Positions 57,521 through 64,000 of a stretch of 64,000 bases of DNA are shown piece after piece (position 1 is the first letter of the stretch; the number at the start of each line of letters is the position of its first letter). The notes under the pieces were generated by a model. That model was not told the origin of the DNA. It was given only the letters and a program-made list of their open reading frames with translations, and did no database searches. The position numbers and the translations under genes were made by a program. This DNA comes from Candidatus Daviesbacteria bacterium GW2011_GWA1_41_61 (lineage in GTDB: Bacteria; Patescibacteriota; Microgenomatia; Daviesbacterales; UBA10151): the NCBI GenBank assembly GCA_000997385.1, contig LCBT01000002.1, forward strand, positions 6,315 to 70,314. Direction: 5' to 3'.

Positions 57521-57886
57521 ATGATCGAAGTTAGACTGGCAATTGAAGACTCTAAAGATTCGGGTCTTTCCCTGGAGGTGGTAAGGTCTCTTACCACGGA
57601 AGAGGTTGAATCTCTCATCCAGGTAAAGTTAAAGGTACTCTACCCTACAAAGGTCATTAGACAGGAAATTTCTGAAGCAAAGCGGTGCATACTGATAAGT
57701 GATTTGGGACTACTTGAAGAAGTGAGACCAATGCAGGTGATAGTAGCAGATCCGCCACCATCAAAAGAAGAGATTCGCTTCACTAAGGAAAGGGAGAGAG
57801 CTCAAAGATTAGCTGAGGAAATAAGATATCTTTCAGGGTTGGAACGACCAAAGGGGAGACACCCTACTCACCGGCATCCCATCTAA
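57521..57886 (+). CDS. hypothetical protein
   Basis: ORF only. Confidence 0.25.
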   Translation: MIEVRLAIEDSKDSGLSLEVVRSLTTEEVESLIQVKLKVLYPTKVIRQEISEAKRCILISDLGLLEEVRPMQVIVADPPPSKEEIRFTKERERAQRLAEEIRYLSGLERPKGRHPTHRHPI

Positions 57887-58020
57887 GCTTTTTGCATAGT
57901 AACTTGCTTATAAGTACCAACTGTAAATAAGCTTTTGAGAATGTTATTCAAATGGGGTTGATAAGAGTAAGATGGAAAAAAATAAAGGGATTATAAACCC
58001 AACCTGACTTTCTCCAAACT

Positions 58021-58680
58021 TTATTTTAAATCCTTTTTCATTTCTTCAAATTCTTTCTTACCTATTTCTCCACGAGCGTAACGCTCTTTTAGAATTTCTA
58101 AAGGAGTTTTTTCTTTATCGCTACTTTTCCCTGAACCACCCAGATAGCGAATAAGGGCAACTACGCCAAGAATTATAAGAATCCAGAATATAATCATAAA
58201 GAGCCATCCTAAGATTCCGAATCCCCAGCCCATCATATTACCCCAATCACCATATCCCATCATAGGGTTTCCACCTCCTCTCATCATCCACATCATCGGC
58301 ATAAAACCCACTCCACAACCGCTATTTCTTTTACCCATAGCAATATGCATCTGTTCTTCGCCTTCCTCACCCATCATGCTTATCATCATCTGATTCATGG
58401 CAACATGTCTTTGGGTATCGCCGATTGATTGACCCATAAAATACTCGCCAAGCACTGCATAATTGTCGTCAGTAAGGTCTTTACATTCAAACTGTTTTGT
58501 TTGTAATTTTTCCCAAATAACTTTGCCTTCTGCCTCCTCAGAAGCAGTATGGTTATCAGTTGGGGATGTTGTTTGTGCCTGCACTGACCCTCCACTTATT
58601 ATAAAAACCAAAAGAAAGAAGGCCGCTATCAGAATGGTAATTTGTCTCATATTAATCAAGAAATTGGAAGAAATTTCCAA
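58021..58680 (-). CDS. Met-rich membrane protein with C-terminal SHOCT domain (probable start MRQITIL at 58650)
   Basis: Signal/TM region. Methionine-rich motifs (MNQMMISMMG, GFMPMMWMMRGGGNPMMGYGDWGNMMGWG). Second TM helix. SHOCT-like LKERYARGEIGKKEFEEMKKDL. Confidence 0.4.
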   Translation of the reverse strand: MEISSNFLINMRQITILIAAFFLLVFIISGGSVQAQTTSPTDNHTASEEAEGKVIWEKLQTKQFECKDLTDDNYAVLGEYFMGQSIGDTQRHVAMNQMMISMMGEEGEEQMHIAMGKRNSGCGVGFMPMMWMMRGGGNPMMGYGDWGNMMGWGFGILGWLFMIIFWILIILGVVALIRYLGGSGKSSDKEKTPLEILKERYARGEIGKKEFEEMKKDLK

Positions 58681-58737
58681 GTTTAGTCTGATCTTTTGTA
58701 ACTACACCCAATAACTTTTGCTTTTGTGTAGCCGTAC

Positions 58738-60198
58738 TTAAACTCCACAGCCTCCTCCTTGGCTTGGTGGTGGCTCAACTATACCGTTTTCTGTCAGCCA
58801 TTTCTTCACTGTTTGCGCGCCGAAAGCCGAGGAGATGTCTTTACTAAGCACCAACCTGGCATCTATATCTTTATAATCCTTACCCTCTTTATTTTTAAAG
58901 TAAAGAGCAATATCATAGTAATTACCGGGAAACCAAAAAGCATTGATATATTTTGCCGCCTCATACATTTCATCTTCAGTTGCCCCGTTTGCCGCCATCA
59001 ACTCAAGTATTCCGAGTAATGCCATGCCATGGTTACAGTCGGGAAATGCTGTTGAATTACCACAACATGGCCTGTAAATATTTGAGGCAACTTTATTTAC
59101 CAGCTCTTCTTGTTCGGCGGTGAATGGCATCAAAGCCCTTTTTGAGTAATAGTCAGTTGCATCACCTTTGGCAAGCGTCCACCCGCCAGTTGAGGCAAAG
59201 TTGCCTACTTGTCCCTGGCCGTATTTAACCATGTCACCTGCTGTCAATATTTTGGTTTTATTACCAAGTCCAAAGGCCCAAAAAAAGTTTAATAAGAAAT
59301 AGGAGTTACTTTGGTCGATTTTGATCGTCTTATCAGAGCCACGAATCAAGATCTCTTCCTGTTCCGGTGTTAACGGTTGTCCAGATTGCTGGTAAACTTG
59401 TTTAAATTTTTCCAAGTCAATTACCCCCATCTCAAGCATCTTAGGGCCGATATTGCCATATGTAGCATTCATCTCATATCCCCCTGCAGGGTTAATCTGA
59501 GCAAAGACATCGGCTGAGTTAACTTGAGTTTTTGAAACATTATTAGATACTGCAACTACCGTATCATTTTGGGTTTTAGCTCGATATTTGATCGGAAGTC
59601 TGGGAATAGCGTAAACAATAAAAATAAACAAAACTAACAGCAATAGGGGCTGCAATTGAGAAAGACTTTTCCTGTTAATATTGAGGGCCAATTTATTATT
59701 GTGGAAGGATATTAAATTCTTTTTCGGAATTTCACAAAGTCCTAGAACACTTTTTGAGTATTGCCAGATTGCATACAGAAGTATAAGAGCTGAGAAAATT
59801 TTTATTTCCAATCCCCCAAAAGGAAAAGCTGCCAAAGATGCAGCAATGCCAAGGGTTGGAAGAAGGAAAGCACTGCAAACCGAGCATCCTGTCACAGCTG
59901 CGGAAAAAAATAAAGATCCAAGAGTATGTAAAAACGTTGACTTAGATCCTTGCCTTCTCTCTTCTACTACATAGAAAAGAAAAGAAATAGTAACTCCTAT
60001 AAGTAAGGCGTTAATAATACTTAGGACTACCTGGGACCATACATACCAGGTGGTATTAGACTGCCAAAAAGCATCCCAGGTAGTTCTTTGGATAAGGATA
60101 AGATAATACAGAAATAAAACATTAAAAGTGACGGCCGCTGTAATAACCCAAGCATAAGATTTATTAAAAACTTTCGTTAAAGCAGTTTGGAAAATCAT
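58738..60198 (-). CDS. membrane protein with Cys-containing TM segment and Cys/His-containing extracytoplasmic domain
   Basis: ~5 TM helices (TGCSVCSAF) followed by a ~300-aa soluble domain with RPCCGNSTAFPDCNHG and a C-terminal GGGCGV. Confidence 0.35.
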   Translation of the reverse strand: MIFQTALTKVFNKSYAWVITAAVTFNVLFLYYLILIQRTTWDAFWQSNTTWYVWSQVVLSIINALLIGVTISFLFYVVEERRQGSKSTFLHTLGSLFFSAAVTGCSVCSAFLLPTLGIAASLAAFPFGGLEIKIFSALILLYAIWQYSKSVLGLCEIPKKNLISFHNNKLALNINRKSLSQLQPLLLLVLFIFIVYAIPRLPIKYRAKTQNDTVVAVSNNVSKTQVNSADVFAQINPAGGYEMNATYGNIGPKMLEMGVIDLEKFKQVYQQSGQPLTPEQEEILIRGSDKTIKIDQSNSYFLLNFFWAFGLGNKTKILTAGDMVKYGQGQVGNFASTGGWTLAKGDATDYYSKRALMPFTAEQEELVNKVASNIYRPCCGNSTAFPDCNHGMALLGILELMAANGATEDEMYEAAKYINAFWFPGNYYDIALYFKNKEGKDYKDIDARLVLSKDISSAFGAQTVKKWLTENGIVEPPPSQGGGCGV

Positions 60199-60386
60199 TT
60201 TTTTAGTATGCTAGAAATTGATGATATCTGCCGCATCTGGCGCCACCATATGGATACCTAAAATTTTTCTATTTTCAGCGTTTATGACCATCTTGATAAC
60301 TCCTCTGGTGTCTTTAATTGCACCTGCCTTTTGAATGACTATTCAATATAATAGTTATCTTCTTGTTGTCTGTCAAGAAATAATCA

Positions 60387-60881
60387 GTGAAAGCGAAAAG
60401 GGGTTGTATTTTCCGGGGAAGAGTGTATCATAAAAGTATGAATAATAAGGTGATGATCGGACTAATTGTAATTATTATTCTTTTCGCTGGCAGCTTTTTC
60501 TTACTCAATAAAAATAATTCTACTACTCCGCAGTCAAATTCCTCTCAGAATACTCAAGTTTTACCCTCTCCTACGAACGCTCAAACTACTTCGGGAGCAG
60601 AGCCACAACAAACTCAGAATGTAGTAACATACACAGTAAGTGGTTTTTCTCCAGCAACCTTAACGGTAAAAGCCGGGACTACAGTTACATGGGTAAATAA
60701 AAGTGGGAGTAATTTTTCTCTTAACTCCAATCCACACCCGGTACATACTGATTATCCGCCATTAAATATTGGCATAACAGGAGACGGACAATCGAAAAGC
60801 CTCACCTTTGATAAGCTTGGAACGTATGGCTATCACAACCATCTTAATCCAAGCGATACAGGAGAAGTTATTGTACAATAA
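60387..60881 (+). CDS. secreted cupredoxin-like domain protein lacking the canonical Cys ligand
   Basis: Signal anchor plus TVTWVNKSG...PHPVH...GTYGYHNHLNP, which resembles the amicyanin/plastocyanin pattern but with Cys replaced. Confidence 0.35.
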   Translation: MKAKRGCIFRGRVYHKSMNNKVMIGLIVIIILFAGSFFLLNKNNSTTPQSNSSQNTQVLPSPTNAQTTSGAEPQQTQNVVTYTVSGFSPATLTVKAGTTVTWVNKSGSNFSLNSNPHPVHTDYPPLNIGITGDGQSKSLTFDKLGTYGYHNHLNPSDTGEVIVQ

Positions 60882-60954
60882 GGATAATTCACTATGTGTT
60901 ACAACTGTGGCTGGCAATCGCCAAAATAAAGTCAAGTTATGAAAATGGGGCTAA

Positions 60955-62199
60955 CTAAGGGAGAAGCAAAACTGCATTAGCAGCGTTGACACGGCCGGAA
61001 GACCAATACATTCCAGTTCCGGGAATTTTATCCGCTGTTCCCTCAAGCCTTGTTCGAACTTGAGAAGCAGAAGTTCCATAAGGCGTTGACCAAATAAGGG
61101 CGGCTACAGCTGATGTCATTGGAGTAGCCATAGAAGTTCCTGAGCCAAAATCATAGCCTAGTGACTTATTTATTTTATATGGGTGGTTGGGGAATGTAGA
61201 AAAGATGTCAACACCAGGAGCCGCTACATCAACCCATTTTGCTCCGTAGCTAGAAAATGTTGCTTTTTGGTCTTTATTATTAGTGGCAGCTACAGCGATG
61301 GCATTTGTATAAGCGGCAGGGTAAGTTTTTGAGGGATTACCCGAATTACCGGCCGCTGCCACCACCACAACACCTTTACTCCAAGCATAGTTCACTGCAT
61401 TTTCCAAAGTAAAAGATTTTACAGAGCCTCCCAAGCTCATATTGATAACTTTGGCTCCATTATCTGCCGCCCAAGTAATACCACTGGCTATCCAGGAATA
61501 AGCGCCCGAACCGTTGTCATTTAACACTTTACCATTTATTAATTGGCAACTAGGACAACCACTGGCTACTCCAGTTCCATTATTGGTAACGGCTGCCACT
61601 ATTCCTCCCACATGAGTCCCATGTCCATACATATCATCATATCCTGATGATGAACCTGTGAAATCTCTATTTAAGACAATCTTTGGAGATAAATCCTCAT
61701 GGTCTTGGTCAATGCCGGTATCTAAAATAGCAACTTTCACTCCGCCGGCAGTTGTCTCCCAAGCGGTAGGGCCATCAATATCTGCATCAACTACCCCGGT
61801 AATACCTTTAATAATTTGTCCGGTGTTTTCCAGTCCCCATTGATTACCAACAAAGTATGTATCATTTGGGATAAAGAAAGCTTGCCCAATATAGTCTAAC
61901 TCCGCATAGTCTACGTGAGGGTTCCTGGACAATGCAGCAACTACTTTTTCTTCTGCTGTCTGAGGCACCTGCAACACTAAAACTCCAAGAGCTTCAAGTT
62001 TATTAACTACCCGTGCTCGATTATTTCTTAACAAATTATCCCTATCCGCCTGTGAAACCCCGTCCTTAAACTTTATAAGGACTTGACCGGGTACATGATT
62101 GTTATTATCCTGAGCTTTTGCTAAAGGAGAAAACAGGTTAAAGAAGCCTAAAAGGAGAATAAATAGTAAAGTAATTGAGAAGATGAATAATTTTTTCAT
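60955..62199 (-). CDS. subtilisin-like serine protease (peptidase S8) with signal peptide and propeptide
   Basis: Catalytic triad contexts VAILDTGID (Asp), HGTHVGG (His) and GTSMATP (Ser). Confidence 0.65.
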   Translation of the reverse strand: MKKLFIFSITLLFILLLGFFNLFSPLAKAQDNNNHVPGQVLIKFKDGVSQADRDNLLRNNRARVVNKLEALGVLVLQVPQTAEEKVVAALSRNPHVDYAELDYIGQAFFIPNDTYFVGNQWGLENTGQIIKGITGVVDADIDGPTAWETTAGGVKVAILDTGIDQDHEDLSPKIVLNRDFTGSSSGYDDMYGHGTHVGGIVAAVTNNGTGVASGCPSCQLINGKVLNDNGSGAYSWIASGITWAADNGAKVINMSLGGSVKSFTLENAVNYAWSKGVVVVAAAGNSGNPSKTYPAAYTNAIAVAATNNKDQKATFSSYGAKWVDVAAPGVDIFSTFPNHPYKINKSLGYDFGSGTSMATPMTSAVAALIWSTPYGTSASQVRTRLEGTADKIPGTGMYWSSGRVNAANAVLLLP

Positions 62200-62330
62200 A
62201 TCAATAACTGAAATTATTGTAAATAAACTTGAGAGATAAATCAAGCAGCAGTCTTGTCTCATACAAAATAAGTATGAAATTAAGGTAAGCTCTCATACAA
62301 AAAGAGCATAAAAATATAGTCCAATTAAAA

Positions 62331-63386
62331 TTATCTAAAATAAGTCTCGTTGGCAAACTTAATCTGTTCTATAAACAACTTTTTGATTTCATAAATACTT
62401 TCCTGCTCGTAAAACAAAATTAAAGCCTTTTTAAATTCATCTTCGTCAACACTGCGATATGAAAGTGGATATAAATCATAAGCTAACAAAATCGCATTTG
62501 TCAGCATTCTGGCAGTTCTTTTGTTGCCATCTGCATACGGCTGAATATAAGGAACCATAAAATGAACAATTAGCGCTTTTTCAAAAGGGATTTTGACCCT
62601 GTTTACAACATTAATTGTTTTTTCAAAAACCTCTTTTGTCTGATGTTCATTATCAAGAGGATGATAAGTTGTTCCGGTAATTCCCACTGCTTGTTTTCTG
62701 ATACCAAAAGAAATCCCCAATCCTTTAATTAAAATATTGTGCAGCTGATTAATTCCTGAAACAGAAATAGTTTTAAAATCTTTTTTTGCTTTTAGTATTT
62801 CTTCAAAAGCTGCTTTGTGATTAAGAATCATCACTGCCTCATCTTTGCTCTTACCAACTGCTTCTTTTTGTTCCTTAATTAAAGACTCTGTTTCTAAAAG
62901 CGTATAAGTATTGCCTTCAATTTTGGATGATTTCCAAGACAATTCAATGACAAACCTTTCCAGTTCCCTTTTCAAAAGGTCAGGACTCAGTTTAACCGTC
63001 TTCTCTCTAAAACTTAGTGCCACTCTCTCTAAAGTATTTATTTCTTCCGGCGTCAATAAATCATGCAAATTTTTAAATATCTCAAAATCAAATGATTTTC
63101 TGGCACCAATTCTATTGTCTGGATCATCGGCGAAATATCTTTCAAGGTTAAACTCGCGAAGAAGCGGGTTGAAAACTTTGGAAAAATATATTGTAGCTCT
63201 AGCCTTCCCTGTTACCCTAACCAGTTTTTTAATCAATAAAACATGAAGATCCCTTATAGCGGTTGGCTTTGAAACGGGATATAATTTAGAAACTTTTTCT
63301 TGAATTTCTTCTCTAAGAAGTCCTTCCGATTGGTTAATTATATTAAGAATATATTTTTGCCTTGTAGTTAATATCGTCTCATCCAT
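62331..63386 (-). CDS. Fic-domain-like protein with N-terminal wHTH and degenerate active-site motif
   Basis: QPYADGNKRTAR sits where HPFx(D/E)GNGRxxR is expected (H->Q, G->K). N-terminal DeoR-like wHTH. Confidence 0.45.
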   Translation of the reverse strand: MDETILTTRQKYILNIINQSEGLLREEIQEKVSKLYPVSKPTAIRDLHVLLIKKLVRVTGKARATIYFSKVFNPLLREFNLERYFADDPDNRIGARKSFDFEIFKNLHDLLTPEEINTLERVALSFREKTVKLSPDLLKRELERFVIELSWKSSKIEGNTYTLLETESLIKEQKEAVGKSKDEAVMILNHKAAFEEILKAKKDFKTISVSGINQLHNILIKGLGISFGIRKQAVGITGTTYHPLDNEHQTKEVFEKTINVVNRVKIPFEKALIVHFMVPYIQPYADGNKRTARMLTNAILLAYDLYPLSYRSVDEDEFKKALILFYEQESIYEIKKLFIEQIKFANETYFR

Positions 63387-63578
63387 ACATATTATCGTAT
63401 CATATTGAAACGATTTGTCAAGAGATATTTATTGGTATATTAAGTCCCAATTGGCTCCCTAACCCTGAGATTCTTAGAGCTATGGTTGATGAACTGTTAA
63501 GAGCTTTTGAAAACGTAACTCAAACAAAGTTGATAGGGATTAGGTTACAGGAGATTAAAAGGTTTCAAATAAATTGAT

Positions 63579-64000
63579 TTAATTTGGATTCCCAAAAATT
63601 GGAATAGCATAATTGCCGTAGCGCCATTCGCGAACGCTTCCTGCCGGAGCGGATACAAAAGTATTATTGATTGATTTAGCGTTTGATTTAGGATCTATAT
63701 AGACCCCGTCGCCGCAATTTGTAATAGTATTATTTTCAATCAGTTGCGATCCGGCTATAGAAGCGATGCCGGTATGGCAGTCTTCGATAATATTATTGGC
63801 AACTTCTTGATTGCCGTTAAATTTAAGATCGATTCCCTCATGTCCAGCATCGGATAAATGATTATTGACTATTTTAATGTTTGAATTAGCCGCAGATATT
63901 GCACCCCACATTGCATGGCGAGAGATGCTATTTTGAATAACGCTGTTTGGTTGTTTATCAATAGGATTAAGCCCGTTGCGGGTATATTCAACAATAACAT
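63579..64000 (-). CDS. right-handed parallel beta-helix repeat protein (partial; N-terminus beyond window end)
   Basis: PbH1-like repeats (NNIIEDCHTGIA, NNTITNCGDGVYI). The reading frame stays open upstream of the listed Met through to position 64000. Confidence 0.4.
   Translation of the reverse strand, partial: VIVEYTRNGLNPIDKQPNSVIQNSISRHAMWGAISAANSNIKIVNNHLSDAGHEGIDLKFNGNQEVANNIIEDCHTGIASIAGSQLIENNTITNCGDGVYIDPKSNAKSINNTFVSAPAGSVREWRYGNYAIPIFGNPN

Overview
This is a 64-kb low-GC (~38-40%), gene-dense bacterial window. Its overall character looks like a Patescibacteria/CPR-type genome. The evidence for that is inference only: a stand-alone archaeal/eukaryal-type ATP-dependent DNA ligase, a PolA lacking a 3'-5' exonuclease domain, three tRNAs with no encoded CCA, and many small hypothetical genes.

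Content from start to end:
- Two GT-C type membrane glycosyltransferases (GT39/ArnT-like and DUF2298-like).
- A YjbQ-family gene whose 3' end has been invaded by a ~1-kb single-gene insertion (described below).
- An ECF sigma factor.
- An isoprenoid block: polyprenyl diphosphate synthase, ispG and ispH, with an unusual GC-rich structured ~105-nt element at the ispG/ispH junction.
- A circularly permuted DsbA-like oxidoreductase, pth, AdoMet decarboxylase, ATP-dependent DNA ligase, a GGDEF protein, a canonical Fic protein, DedA, recF and an MFS transporter.
- A vapBC pair, fpg, and an ~8.5-kb ABC-transporter-dependent glycan biosynthesis/export cluster. That cluster has GT4, GT4, a coiled-coil GT2-GT4 fusion, a methyltransferase, Wzt with a C-terminal extension, Wzm, GT2, and an ArnE-like half-DMT.
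- Two AbrB-PIN toxin-antitoxin pairs flanking polA.
- ftsH, trpS and tRNA-Met(CAT), followed by a block of uncharacterized proteins and a membrane-anchored GH5-like hydrolase.
- zupT, initiator tRNA-fMet, an ftsB-like gene, and a tyrosine recombinase abutting the 3' end of a tRNA-Ile with anticodon UAU.
- A VirD4/TraD-like coupling ATPase, trxB, and a sipW-(lamin-tail-domain fusion)/tasA-like operon.
- A Met-rich SHOCT membrane protein, a Cys-containing membrane protein, a Cys-less cupredoxin-like protein, a subtilase, and a Fic-like protein with a degenerate active-site motif.

Most genes are on the minus strand.

The most interesting candidate for a previously undescribed system is the insertion in yjbQ. 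The yjbQ gene end is duplicated around a 1-kb insert. Imperfect att-like repeats with an identical 13-bp palindromic core flank it. Its only gene encodes a 285-aa protein with no recognizable recombinase or homing-endonuclease motif.
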